Below, one piece after another: positions 34,389 to 43,110 of a stretch of 64,000 nucleotides of DNA. How positions within the stretch are numbered: the stretch's first letter is position 1; every line of letters begins with the position of its first letter. The notes beneath the pieces were generated by a model, which made no database searches, was not told the origin of the DNA, and was given only the letters and a program-made list of their open reading frames with translations. This stretch comes from a virus. A program made the position numbers and the translations under genes. The stretch spans positions 1 through 64,000 of IMG/VR virus record IMGVR_UViG_3300044691_000477. The stretch is one strand, 5' to 3'.

Positions 34389-34618
34389 CGCGTGTACCAG
34401 AAGAGCGGGTGTACGACGTCATCGTCTTGAGGTGTGTCAGACGGTACGACGTCGCAGCGCAGATGCTGACGCCCGATGGACGCGCCGCGTTCCTGCACGC
34501 GCACTGAGGTCACGAGGTACGTCCGCTTGGTGCGGGTGCGGATGAAGTCCCCTACCTGCACCTTCTGCAGCCCGTCGTAGTAGATGCCGACGTTCGCCCC
34601 GACTGCGGCGGTCGGCAT
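34385..34618 (-). CDS. Hypothetical protein
   Basis: 77-aa ORF. Confidence 0.6.
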   Translation of the reverse strand: MPTAAVGANVGIYYDGLQKVQVGDFIRTRTKRTYLVTSVRVQERGASIGRQHLRCDVVPSDTPQDDDVVHPLFWYTR

Positions 34619-35293
34619 CTACCAGCCCTCCTGGTGGTATCGACGCATCGGGCTGCCCTCGGGGTAGAGCGCGGCACGACCCTCCTGCGTCTGCGGGAAG
34701 TTGTCTGCCACTGCTTCGTTCTTCACGCGCGCGTCCTCCAGGTCGAGAATGGTGCCGTCCCACTCGGTGACCTGGTGCTCGGCCATCTTCTCAGTCACGC
34801 TGGTCCAGGAGCCCTGTGTGCTGCCGTCAGCTCGATCGAAGTTGTCGATGATGGGGAACGTCACCGACGGCCCGAAACGGTCGTAGAGGCGCCGCAGCAG
34901 CGGGAACCGGCGCATGAAGAGCTCGATCCACGAGTAACTGCGCGCGCCAGCCCAGAGCTTGATCTCGGTCGCAGTGATGCCGTCGATGTGCGTGCCCTCC
35001 ACTGCCTCGAGCAGCTTGGCGTTCTCCTCCTCCTCGAGCACCGGCTCGAGTTGCGGTACCCAGTAGCCGACGACGAGCGCGCGCCGGGTGAAGGGCAGTC
35101 GAAGGACGTGACCGTGGCCGATGCGGTAGGGGTCTTCCACCTCGCGTGGCCGAGCGGTCTCATGCAGCGGCGGTGTTGCTGGTGCGACCCGGCGCTTCGG
35201 GTAGCGCTGCCAGTGCCAAAACAGGCTCTCGAGAGAGAGGATCAGCGGTCCCTTGGTGAACAAGACGGGCTTCGAGTCGTGGGTCGCAGGCAT
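34619..35293 (-). CDS. Hypothetical protein
   Basis: 224-aa ORF with GGAG RBS, downstream of a hairpin. Confidence 0.7.
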   Translation of the reverse strand: MPATHDSKPVLFTKGPLILSLESLFWHWQRYPKRRVAPATPPLHETARPREVEDPYRIGHGHVLRLPFTRRALVVGYWVPQLEPVLEEEENAKLLEAVEGTHIDGITATEIKLWAGARSYSWIELFMRRFPLLRRLYDRFGPSVTFPIIDNFDRADGSTQGSWTSVTEKMAEHQVTEWDGTILDLEDARVKNEAVADNFPQTQEGRAALYPEGSPMRRYHQEGW

Positions 35294-35558
35294 GGTTCTC
35301 CAGATGAATACGCCGAAGGCCCCTGGGGGATCTTCCAGGGGCCTTCAGCATGTCAGAACGGATCAGTTGGTGGTTGATGAACTGCCCACGCGGCGGGTGG
35401 GTCGGCACCCTAGGCCACCAGAGCCTCCAACGTGGGCTGCGGGCATCGTCACAGTGGTCTCGGTGGCCTCCCACCCTGTTCCACCGGAGGTGATGCTCCG
35501 CAAGGCAGAACGCCGCGGCCACCAAGAGCATCAGTGCGACGAGCAGCAGCCCTGCCAT
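35160..35558 (-). CDS. Possible small membrane protein; 3' end unresolved
   Basis: N-terminal TM helix MAGLLLVALMLLVAAAFCL. The rest of the track ORF is Arg/Trp/His-rich, reads through the hairpin and overlaps the next gene by 134 nt. Confidence 0.25.
   Translation of the reverse strand: MAGLLLVALMLLVAAAFCLAEHHLRWNRVGGHRDHCDDARSPRWRLWWPRVPTHPPRGQFINHQLIRSDMLKAPGRSPRGLRRIHLENHACDPRLEARLVHQGTADPLSREPVLALAALPEAPGRTSNTAAA
35315..35346 (-). terminator. Strong hairpin
   Basis: 12-bp perfect arms GAAGGCCCCTGG/CCAGGGGCCTTC with an 8-nt loop, in a low-GC spacer. Confidence 0.6.
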
Positions 35559-35567
35559 GGAGCGAAC

Positions 35568-35849
35568 CTACAGCCTGGTGCCGCTTCTGGTCCCATAGCC
35601 GCCGAAGACGAACTCGCCGACGATGACGCAGATGATGCCGACGACGAGCAGTGTGCCGGCGGCTGCACCGCCGATAGCGATGACGGCGAGAAACTTCAGC
35701 ACTGCCACGATGATGAGAATGGCCCCGAGGGCTACGAGCAGACGACCGATCACGATGACTCCCTTGTCGATGTCCTCTTGACCTACCCGCGCGCTGACTT
35801 CACCAACATCTCGCACCAGTTCTAGAAGATCAAAAGCTGACCTTCTCAA
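35568..35849 (-). CDS. Membrane protein (2 TM)
   Basis: 93 aa. LLVALGAILIIVAVLKFLAVIAIGGAAAGTLLVVGIICVIV. Confidence 0.65.
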   Translation of the reverse strand: MRRSAFDLLELVRDVGEVSARVGQEDIDKGVIVIGRLLVALGAILIIVAVLKFLAVIAIGGAAAGTLLVVGIICVIVGEFVFGGYGTRSGTRL

Positions 35850-36432
35850 ACTGGTAACTCCCGATGACGAGCCGGTCGAGCGTCTGGCCGAACGACTGGT
35901 TGTTCTTCAGCGCCCGCCAGGTCTGATGCGGGACCTGGAAGTACTCGTAGGAGCCGCCGTTGCGGAACACGACCCGCAGGGTGCCGGTATCGGGGTTGTA
36001 GGTCGCCTCACGTGCTCGAGGTCGGTCTGGGTCGAGGCTCGGCGGCGGTGAGAGGTACTCGGTGCGGTCAATCTTTTCTCCACGCACCACCTCGGCGCCC
36101 TCACCTGAGGTGCTCGCCAACAGTTCAGCGGCAGTGGGCATCGACGGGCTGTCGACCAGCGGTGTACCGGGCTCACGTCGACCCGTACCGAGTGGCTGTG
36201 GAGCAGTGTCATGCAGCAACGCGGCGGCTGACGGCACCTTCGGTGTGCGCCGGATGCGCAGACCCTCGTTGGTGGGGACTCGAGCAGGGTTGTTGCTCGA
36301 GCGCTTGCGCTTGGTGATCCCGGCAGCACGTGCGATCTCACCGAACGCTTGTCCAAGTTCCTTGTTCTGCCCCAGGACGTCGGGGGCCTTGATGCGCTTG
36401 ACACGACCTGGTGGTTTGCCCTTTGTCGTCAC
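35830..36432 (-). CDS. KTSC-domain protein
   Basis: C-terminal ATYNPDTGTLRVVFRNGGSYEYFQVPHQTWRALKNNQSFGQ. Confidence 0.7.
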   Translation of the reverse strand: MTTKGKPPGRVKRIKAPDVLGQNKELGQAFGEIARAAGITKRKRSSNNPARVPTNEGLRIRRTPKVPSAAALLHDTAPQPLGTGRREPGTPLVDSPSMPTAAELLASTSGEGAEVVRGEKIDRTEYLSPPPSLDPDRPRAREATYNPDTGTLRVVFRNGGSYEYFQVPHQTWRALKNNQSFGQTLDRLVIGSYQFEKVSF

Positions 36433-36459
36433 GTCACTGCCTCCTCAGACACCAATCGA

Positions 36460-36483
36460 CCCCCTCCACTGTGGCAGAGGGGG
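36460..36483 (-). terminator. Hairpin
   Basis: 7-bp arms CCCCCTC/GAGGGGG with a 10-nt loop, just downstream of the 36499 stop. Confidence 0.4.
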
Positions 36484-36498
36484 CCGACGGTTGGGTGT

Positions 36499-37116
36499 CT
36501 AGCGGGACTTCTTCTCGCTGGCCTTGCCCTGCGCTGCGGCGGCGTCCGACTGGTCGCCCTGCGTGCCAGCTTCGGTAGCAGAAGCCGCTGGGGTGCTCGA
36601 GCCGGTCGCAGCCTCGGTCGGGGTGGTCGTGGTCTCGGTCTCGTCGCCGGTCCCGCCCTTGATGCCGTTGACGTACACCGTGCTGTCGTCCTTGGCGGAC
36701 GGGTCGCCCACCCCCGCGCCGGTGTTGTCGGCGAAGACCTGCAGCGCGTCGCCGGCGCTGCGGATGGTGTTGTCGTAGGCCAGCGTCGGGTGGCCGAGCT
36801 CCTCGCGGAGCTGGCCGTTGATCGCGTCGAGCGCCGACTTGCCCTGAACGTGCTTGAGGGCGTCGTCAGCGCTGCCGAGGATCAGGTGCTCGGGCACCGT
36901 CACCGGAGGAAGCCCGTAGGCCCGCGCCACGTCGGGGTCGGGGAGCTGGTCGACGGAGAAGACCTGGCCGGGCAGGTCGTCCACCGCCGTCGGGATGCCG
37001 TCCTCGGACTGCACCGTCGACCCAAGCTGGGGGTCGGCGAAGTCCGTGGTCGGGCCGAAGCCGGTCTGGAGACCCCGGCTCTTGGCGAGGTACTCCTCCT
37101 TGGAGAGGGTCGTCAT
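36499..37116 (-). CDS. Hypothetical protein
   Basis: Track ORF trimmed to ATG 37116 (AGGAGG 6 nt upstream). Confidence 0.7.
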   Translation of the reverse strand: MTTLSKEEYLAKSRGLQTGFGPTTDFADPQLGSTVQSEDGIPTAVDDLPGQVFSVDQLPDPDVARAYGLPPVTVPEHLILGSADDALKHVQGKSALDAINGQLREELGHPTLAYDNTIRSAGDALQVFADNTGAGVGDPSAKDDSTVYVNGIKGGTGDETETTTTPTEAATGSSTPAASATEAGTQGDQSDAAAAQGKASEKKSR

Positions 37117-37167
37117 GTTGTTCCTCCTGGTCGGGGTCATGCCTGTCGGGTCGAGAGTAGGACGGTC

Positions 37168-37560
37168 TCAGGCTTCTGGTGCGGAGAGCGTCTTCTGCGC
37201 GTCGAGCCACAGCTCCGGTGCTGTGACCGCCGTGTGCAGGAACGCTGTGCGCTCGCCGCCGCCCTGCAGATGCATGCGCACCCGCTGCAGGGCTACCTCG
37301 AACTCAGCGAACGGACGGTCGGAGACGTACACGATCTCATCGCCGTCAGCGAGAATGACGAAGATCCGCAGTTCGGCGTCGAGTACGACGTCCTGGTTGG
37401 GGGCCGACTCGTGGAACGCCTCAAGCAGGTCGGGTGCGGTCACCTTCGCGGCTGTTCTCGGGTCCATGTGCTGTCCCTCTCGCATTCGGTTCTGGTGTTC
37501 GGCTGACTTCACCGGGTCAATGGGCATGTCCTTGCGGACGTCCTCCCACTTCTCGGCCAT
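37168..37560 (-). CDS. Hypothetical protein
   Basis: ATG 37560 (GGAGG RBS, TGATG coupling). 130 aa. Confidence 0.7.
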   Translation of the reverse strand: MAEKWEDVRKDMPIDPVKSAEHQNRMREGQHMDPRTAAKVTAPDLLEAFHESAPNQDVVLDAELRIFVILADGDEIVYVSDRPFAEFEVALQRVRMHLQGGGERTAFLHTAVTAPELWLDAQKTLSAPEA

Positions 37561-37880
37561 CAGGCTGCCTCCAGGAAGATCGCGACCTTGCACTTGTGGT
37601 CGCGGATGTGGTCGGGGTCGACGGGGCGCCAGCACAACACACAGCCGTGCGTGACAGGACAATCGACGTGATCGAAGGGCTGCTGAGCCGTCCAGCCGCG
37701 GATGTCCTGCTCAGGAGTGTGCACGCCACCGTGGATGCCGTCGAGCGCGTCGCTCCAGGCGCTCTTGTTGCTGCCGAGCAGGCCAGCGTGGATGCCTCCG
37801 CGGGCTTCCAGCTCGAGCATGTCCGCGTCGGTGTGGTACGGCAGCCGGCGGCGACGTGTCGACGGTCCTGGCTGGGTCAT
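37560..37880 (-). CDS. Hypothetical protein
   Basis: 106-aa ORF. Confidence 0.6.
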   Translation of the reverse strand: MTQPGPSTRRRRLPYHTDADMLELEARGGIHAGLLGSNKSAWSDALDGIHGGVHTPEQDIRGWTAQQPFDHVDCPVTHGCVLCWRPVDPDHIRDHKCKVAIFLEAA

Positions 37881-38233
37881 CGCTCTGCATGCCCGAAGTA
37901 GCGAATCTCGACAGGGACATGGCTGTGCCCGAGTTCGACGGCAGCATCCCGGCGATGGTTGCCCTCGGAGAGTTTGGGCTCCTGGTCGTGGTCGACGGTG
38001 ATGAAGAGCGGGTTCTTGATGCCGTGCGTTGCGATGTTTCCCTTGAAGTGGTCCCAGTGCTCGCCCTGCTTGTTGCGGTGCGCGCCAGGCACCTCACCTC
38101 GCGCGCCGGGCATCTTCGCCACTGCCTCGATGGGTAGGTGACCGCGCTGCACCCTCGTGATGTGCGTCGCGTCGCCGACGCGCCCTTCGTAGTCCTTAGT
38201 GCTGCCGACGAACTGGCGCCCGAGCACGCTCAT
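37877..38233 (-). CDS. ParB/Srx-like nuclease-domain protein (paralog 3)
   Basis: ATG 38233 (ATGA coupling). N-terminal SVLGRQFVG; HGIKNPLFITV..SEGNHRRDAAVELGHSHVPV. Confidence 0.75.
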   Translation of the reverse strand: MSVLGRQFVGSTKDYEGRVGDATHITRVQRGHLPIEAVAKMPGARGEVPGAHRNKQGEHWDHFKGNIATHGIKNPLFITVDHDQEPKLSEGNHRRDAAVELGHSHVPVEIRYFGHAER

Positions 38234-38532
38234 GCGTTGATGGGCTTGCACTTCGGGCAGTAGTCACGAGCCGCGTCGCCAGCTCCGACCGTCACCAGCT
38301 CATCGGGCGAGAAACACTCGACGCAGTGCCTGCGCGCAACTTCTCGGACGGGGGGCTGGAGGATCTCGGGGGAGTCCACACCACCGTCAGTCCCTTCGGG
38401 AGCACTGTCCCCGGCGCTGGCCGTCGTCTCGGCCACTGCTTCAAGATCTGGCGCAACTGCTTCTTCCTGCACTTTCTCCTTGGGAGCCGCCACTGTCTTC
38501 TTTGCAGGCGCCTTGCGGGGTCGAGAACTCAC
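38230..38532 (-). CDS. Zinc-ribbon protein
   Basis: 100 aa with CVEC...CPKC. Confidence 0.6.
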   Translation of the reverse strand: MSSRPRKAPAKKTVAAPKEKVQEEAVAPDLEAVAETTASAGDSAPEGTDGGVDSPEILQPPVREVARRHCVECFSPDELVTVGAGDAARDYCPKCKPINA

Positions 38533-38783
38533 GGGGCTCCTCCTCCAGATCCTGCTCCGGTGCTGGCGCTGTCACCACCGTCGCCTGCGCCACTGCCTTC
38601 CGCTGGCGCGGGTGCTGCTCCCCCTCCACCGAACTGGTCCGGGTTGCACGGCGGTGCGTCGTTGGGGGACTGCACACCAGGAATCATCCCGATGGGATAG
38701 CCGAAGCCAGCAACGCCTCCGAACGAGGCGCGGAGGTGCAGCAGCTTCTTGCGGCGCCGACGCTGCTCTTCCTCGCGTGTCAT
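38529..38783 (-). CDS. Gly-rich hypothetical protein
   Basis: 84-aa ORF. Confidence 0.5.
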   Translation of the reverse strand: MTREEEQRRRRKKLLHLRASFGGVAGFGYPIGMIPGVQSPNDAPPCNPDQFGGGGAAPAPAEGSGAGDGGDSASTGAGSGGGAP

Positions 38784-38792
38784 GAGCGAAGG

Positions 38793-39425
38793 CTATCCAC
38801 AATCGACCTGGCTGTTCTTGAGAGCACCCTGCTGCGCCAGCAGGATGAAGCGCTTCAGGATCACATCGTGGTCAATGGTCGGCGAGTTGAGCAACTGGGT
38901 GTAGGCCGGCAACGCCTGCTTACTGATGCGCACCCGGTCCTGGCATGCCTTACGGGCTTGTGCGGTGTTGTCGTTACTCTGCCCGACGACGATGAACCCG
39001 GCGACGATAAGCGCAGTAAGGCTGATGCTGAGCGCGATAAACGACTGGATGAAGCCGCGGCGATTGATGCGTAGACGGAGCTTGATGAGGGCGTCCTGCT
39101 CCTCCTTCCAGCGACGCTCGTGCTCCTCACGAGGGATCGTCAAGGCTTCCAGAGCCTTGATGTCGCCCATAGCCTTCGCGGCATCCCGGATGGCCTGAGA
39201 AGACTGCTGGTCGATGGTCTGCTGCCTGACGGTGAGGTCGTTGACCTGCTGGAAGTTGTTCGACAGTGCCTCAGTACGGCTCGCGAGCATGCCGACAGAA
39301 GTTCGCAACTCGGCTATCTCGACCAGAAGTTCCCGTGCAGAGGTGCGACGGTCGTTGTCGCGACGGTCATCCGGTCCTACCCGACGACCTGGCTCCTGAT
39401 GTGGCTCCTGAACGGGATCAGTCAC
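38793..39425 (-). CDS. Coiled-coil membrane protein
   Basis: 210 aa with TM helix FIQSFIALSISLTALIVAGFIVV. Confidence 0.7.
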   Translation of the reverse strand: MTDPVQEPHQEPGRRVGPDDRRDNDRRTSARELLVEIAELRTSVGMLASRTEALSNNFQQVNDLTVRQQTIDQQSSQAIRDAAKAMGDIKALEALTIPREEHERRWKEEQDALIKLRLRINRRGFIQSFIALSISLTALIVAGFIVVGQSNDNTAQARKACQDRVRISKQALPAYTQLLNSPTIDHDVILKRFILLAQQGALKNSQVDCG

Positions 39426-39598
39426 GTCAACCCCTCTGCTGCATCCTGCAGACGGTCGAGCAACTTCCTTGCCTGCTCGAGTTTCACGTTCAGATCATCT
39501 AGTACAGGCTCGCTTTCTTCGAGGAGAGCGCGGGTCTTCATGCGCGCGTTCACCACATCGAACTCACGGAGTTGCTCTTCGGCATGTGACACGTTCAC
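39422..39598 (-). CDS. Small coiled-coil protein (58 aa)
   Basis: Own translation VNVSHAEEQLREFDVVNARMKTRALLEESEPVLDDLNVKLEQARKLLDRLQDAAEGLT. GTGA coupling at both ends. Confidence 0.45.
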   Translation of the reverse strand: MNVSHAEEQLREFDVVNARMKTRALLEESEPVLDDLNVKLEQARKLLDRLQDAAEGLT

Positions 39599-40014
39599 AC
39601 GTCCCCACCCCGGCGTGCCAACGCTTGGACGTAGGCGGACACGATTCGAGTTGACTCGATCAAAGCGGGCTGAAGTTGTTCACGCTGGTACGTCTGCAGA
39701 TCCTGGTTAAGGCGTTTGTACTCCTCTTCGCGAGTTACCGCTGCCTCCAACTCCCGACGGATCTGAGCTAGTTCACGCTCGTGGCTGGTCTTGAGCTCAA
39801 CCAGTCCCGATGCGTGCACTCTCTCCTGGTCATCGAGCACCCACTTGGGAATGAAGCCCCTCTTGGTGACCGCCATGATGACCAGAGAGACGATGACGCC
39901 CAAGTTGAGGTACGGCACGAAGATGCCGATTGGGTCGGTGGTGGGCGCAGCAGCCAGCCAGACATTGGTGACTCCACCAGCGCTCAGAAGCCCGAAGTAG
40001 ATGGAGGGAGTCAC
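39595..40014 (-). CDS. Membrane + coiled-coil protein (holin-like topology, speculative)
   Basis: 139 aa with two N-terminal hydrophobic segments and a coiled-coil tail. Confidence 0.65.
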   Translation of the reverse strand: MTPSIYFGLLSAGGVTNVWLAAAPTTDPIGIFVPYLNLGVIVSLVIMAVTKRGFIPKWVLDDQERVHASGLVELKTSHERELAQIRRELEAAVTREEEYKRLNQDLQTYQREQLQPALIESTRIVSAYVQALARRGGDV

Positions 40015-40023
40015 CTCAGAAGG

Positions 40024-40350
40024 CTACGATCCAGCGGCCTCTTTGACGGGGACAGCAAGATCTCGGTCAACGAGTTCGGGTGATGTGAAGATCTTGCCCG
40101 AACCGGCTGCGGCTTCCTCGTCCTCGAGGAAGTCGAGCAGACACACCAGGTCGCAGAAGCGACCGGCACTCCACGCCTTGTCCGGTGGCGCGAACGACGC
40201 ACGCAGACACTTCTTCGACGTGAGGTCTACCCCGCACCCACCACAGACGTGGATCTCCCTCGGCGGTGCGCCGCGCTTACGCTCGCGCTGACCTCGGATG
40301 TAAGCCTGCTGCTCCTCGAAGGTCATCCTCGAGAACGTCTTCTTGCCCAT
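40024..40350 (-). CDS. Zinc-finger protein
   Basis: 108 aa with CGGCG..C. Confidence 0.6.
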   Translation of the reverse strand: MGKKTFSRMTFEEQQAYIRGQRERKRGAPPREIHVCGGCGVDLTSKKCLRASFAPPDKAWSAGRFCDLVCLLDFLEDEEAAAGSGKIFTSPELVDRDLAVPVKEAAGS

Positions 40351-40537
40351 CAGGACGTCTTACGCAGCGACGGGGCGGGGGACCTTGGCGTCAGGGTGCT
40401 CGAGCAGGATCTCCTCGCAGACACTGCAGGGATCGAGCAGCACGACACCACGCTCGTCAAAGACGAGTCGCGCACCGTGCGGACAGAACTCCATGCCACA
40501 AGAATACCCAGGTTCGTAGCAGGTGCAACCCTGTTGT

Positions 40538-40723
40538 TCATTCGGGTTGCCTTGGACGCCACGCTTCGACCATCTCTCGGATGACGACTCCCCATCTCGA
40601 GGTGTGCCACCTGCAGGCAGCGCTCATGAACGTGCCGCCCCTCTGTACGTTGATAAGGCTCTCCACAGAGGAGTAGACGTAGGCACCGATGATCGCGTCG
40701 TTGTAGCAAAACTCGCACTTCAT
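40538..40723 (-). CDS. Cys-rich small protein, possibly the 5' part of a frame-broken gene
   Basis: ATG 40723 (MKCEFCYNDAIIG..). The +1 frame continues with NEQQGCTCYEPGYSCGMEFCPHG.. to TAA 40360 and has no start codon of its own before codon Met at 40497. Confidence 0.5.
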   Translation of the reverse strand: MKCEFCYNDAIIGAYVYSSVESLINVQRGGTFMSAACRWHTSRWGVVIREMVEAWRPRQPE

Positions 40724-40760
40724 TCCCTGTCCGTGGAGCGGCCTGACTGTGTAAACCAGC

Positions 40761-42599
40761 TCAGAGCTCGATGGCATCTGCGAACACAGGATTGAGACCC
40801 CACCCTGCAGCGATCTCGAGCTTGCGAAGTTTGGACATCGACGCACTGATGGTGCTGCTCGATGGTGAGTAGCCACACGCCTCCGAAGCAATCGTGTTGT
40901 TGGTGAAGCCCGACGGTCCCTCCTGCTCGTAGATGTCGAGCAGGTGGGTCAGCAGCGCATTCTCGGTCTTGCCGAGTCGGGTCTGCCACCACTTCAGCAG
41001 CGCCGGGCCGCTCGGGAGTTCCTCGTACTCGCCGAGCGCTTCGACTCCTTCCGGGGTCGCCATGATGGGTCCTGAAAGCGTGACGTAGCCCATCTTGCGG
41101 AGCTTGGACAACGAGGCGCTGACGGTCGAACTCTTCGGCGAGTAGCCGGCCTGCATCGCGATCTGGCTCTGCGTACGAACACCGTGGGTGACCAGCACGG
41201 TCAGCACCGAACGCTCGGTCTTGCCGAGTTTCACGTCACTGTCGCCACTGCCTCGCGTGCGGGCGGGGGGTGAGGTGGGAAAGGGGTTGCGCTTCGCAAC
41301 GATGCCACCCAGCCGTCCACCCGCAACCTCGGCCACGTCCAGCAGTCGATCCATCTGCTGCTTCTGCCGGGAGGGGTCGATGCCGACGTTGAGCTTCTCG
41401 CCGGCGAACACCTTGTCCACGATGCTGAGTTGCCACGGCGCCAGCACGACCCCCAAGTCCTTGACGAAGGAGGAGAAGTCCTCCATGAAGCCCTTGAGCT
41501 CGCTGCGCACCTCCTCGACCGTCGGCAGATCAACGCAGTTGTCCTGGGAGTCGATGGCCTGCTCTGCGCTGGCCAACTCGGCCTCAGCCATCTGGGCGTG
41601 CTGCTCAGCCGCCTCAACCTGCTGCTGGAGCATTGCGACATCTCCCTGGAGGGCCTGAATGCGGCGCTTGAGTTCTCGCGGGTCGTTCTCCTTGGCTCGC
41701 TCGACGGTAGCGGCGATCTCGGCTCCGAGCGCGTCCAGGTCAACTTCAGTCGCCATCGTCGGGCTGACGGACCGCTTACCAGGTTCCGGGGTCTTGTGGC
41801 TGTCGAACGTCTCGCAGAGGTTGATGTGAACTCGCTGCAGCGTCTTCAGGAACGCCGGCGACCAGATCCATGCCTCGCCGACCTCTAGTTTGGGCAGCGA
41901 ACCGATGACGGTGGTGTTCTCGTCATCGGCGTTGACCTCGATCCACTCCTTCACCGCCTTGATGCTGCGGGTGCCGGTCATGCCGAGCAGGAAGACCGTC
42001 TCGCACAGCTCGAGCACGCTCTTGGCGATCTCCTGCGGTCGCTGGGTGATGACGGTCAGCCCGAGACCTCGCCCTCGCCCGCGCTTGGCGATGTCCTCCA
42101 TGGCTCCGAGCAGCCGGGCGGTGTCGGCGCTGGCCCGCTGCGGTATCAGCACGTCCGCCTCGTCAATGACGACCATGAGGCTCTCGCGGTTGCGGAAGTA
42201 GAGCCGCTCGGCGAAGTCGGTCGCGAAGCTGCGTGCCTTGGTCTTGGACATGTGGCTCATGTCGAGTACGCACGGGATGCGTCGGTCCACGATGAGGTCG
42301 GCCATCAGCGTGCCGGCTGTCGCCTCGAGCGGGACGTCGGCGTGGTCGCCGCCGAAGATGACGAAGGGGAGTCCTTTGCTCTTGCCGTCACGAGAGCTGC
42401 GCAGCCCCCACCAATCGCCTTTCACGTCGAGAACGACGACTGGCAGTTGCTGGTGGTAGAGCTGCTCCACGATGACGGTGGCTGTGTTGGACTTGCCCTT
42501 GCCCTTGTTCGCCAGGACGGCGAACGTTTCCGTCACTGCCTCCCGCGGCATGCTCAGGTCGGGGGCCAACACAATTCCCCTGCGCCGTCGAGTGGCCAT
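40761..42599 (-). CDS. HerA/FtsK-superfamily ATPase with C-terminal tandem winged-helix repeats
   Basis: ATG 42599. Walker A LANKGKGKSNTA, Walker B LMVVIDEADVL, LTVITQRPQEI. Duplicated GYSPKSSTVSASLSKLRKMGYV / GYSPSSSTISASMSKLRKLEIA. Confidence 0.75.
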   Translation of the reverse strand: MATRRRRGIVLAPDLSMPREAVTETFAVLANKGKGKSNTATVIVEQLYHQQLPVVVLDVKGDWWGLRSSRDGKSKGLPFVIFGGDHADVPLEATAGTLMADLIVDRRIPCVLDMSHMSKTKARSFATDFAERLYFRNRESLMVVIDEADVLIPQRASADTARLLGAMEDIAKRGRGRGLGLTVITQRPQEIAKSVLELCETVFLLGMTGTRSIKAVKEWIEVNADDENTTVIGSLPKLEVGEAWIWSPAFLKTLQRVHINLCETFDSHKTPEPGKRSVSPTMATEVDLDALGAEIAATVERAKENDPRELKRRIQALQGDVAMLQQQVEAAEQHAQMAEAELASAEQAIDSQDNCVDLPTVEEVRSELKGFMEDFSSFVKDLGVVLAPWQLSIVDKVFAGEKLNVGIDPSRQKQQMDRLLDVAEVAGGRLGGIVAKRNPFPTSPPARTRGSGDSDVKLGKTERSVLTVLVTHGVRTQSQIAMQAGYSPKSSTVSASLSKLRKMGYVTLSGPIMATPEGVEALGEYEELPSGPALLKWWQTRLGKTENALLTHLLDIYEQEGPSGFTNNTIASEACGYSPSSSTISASMSKLRKLEIAAGWGLNPVFADAIEL

Positions 42600-42913
42600 C
42601 ACCGACCACGCTTCGGGATGATGATGGTCTCGTGGTTCGCGCTGTAGGGACTGACTCGCCCCGCCATGCTGTCGTCCTGTCCGGTGTAGTCGTCGGTCCA
42701 GAGCAGATGCAGATGCACCTCGGCGTACTGAGCGTCCCACCACTCGAGGGTCTTAAGCCGCTCGATCAGACCCTCGACCCTGCCGTCGTTCGAAATCTTG
42801 CCCTCGAAGTAGTAGCCGTAGGTCACCTCGGGGATCGGCACGAAGCCAAGGTCGGCAAGCTCGTCAGGTCCCCTGTGCACGGTCATCATGACGATGCTGG
42901 TCACGTTGCTCAT
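42599..42913 (-). CDS. Hypothetical protein adjacent to the HerA-like gene (TGATG overlap)
   Basis: ATG 42913. 104 aa. Confidence 0.65.
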   Translation of the reverse strand: MSNVTSIVMMTVHRGPDELADLGFVPIPEVTYGYYFEGKISNDGRVEGLIERLKTLEWWDAQYAEVHLHLLWTDDYTGQDDSMAGRVSPYSANHETIIIPKRGR

Positions 42914-43110
42914 CAGCGCAGCCCCTTGTGGTTGAGCCGGGCGCGCACGCATCCCTCGGCCTTGCATCGCTGGTTGCTGTCCACCAGGTCGAGGTACTTC
43001 TGACTCGGGTTCGGCAAGATATCCAGACCGCACTCAGTCTTGTTGTGGCGCCCGGCGATGTGCCACTTACCGCGGTCGCCGAGTTGCACGGCGATCAGAT
43101 CGTCTGCCAC
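42913..43110 (-). CDS. Hypothetical protein
   Basis: 65-aa ORF. Confidence 0.55.
   Translation of the reverse strand: MADDLIAVQLGDRGKWHIAGRHNKTECGLDILPNPSQKYLDLVDSNQRCKAEGCVRARLNHKGLR

Noticed and set aside
35160-35558. A full 132-aa protein from track ORF 35160..35558.
   Set aside because: Only the first ~20 residues (TM helix) look coding. The frame then runs through a 12-bp terminator hairpin and 134 nt into the next gene. The true 3' end cannot be resolved by eye.
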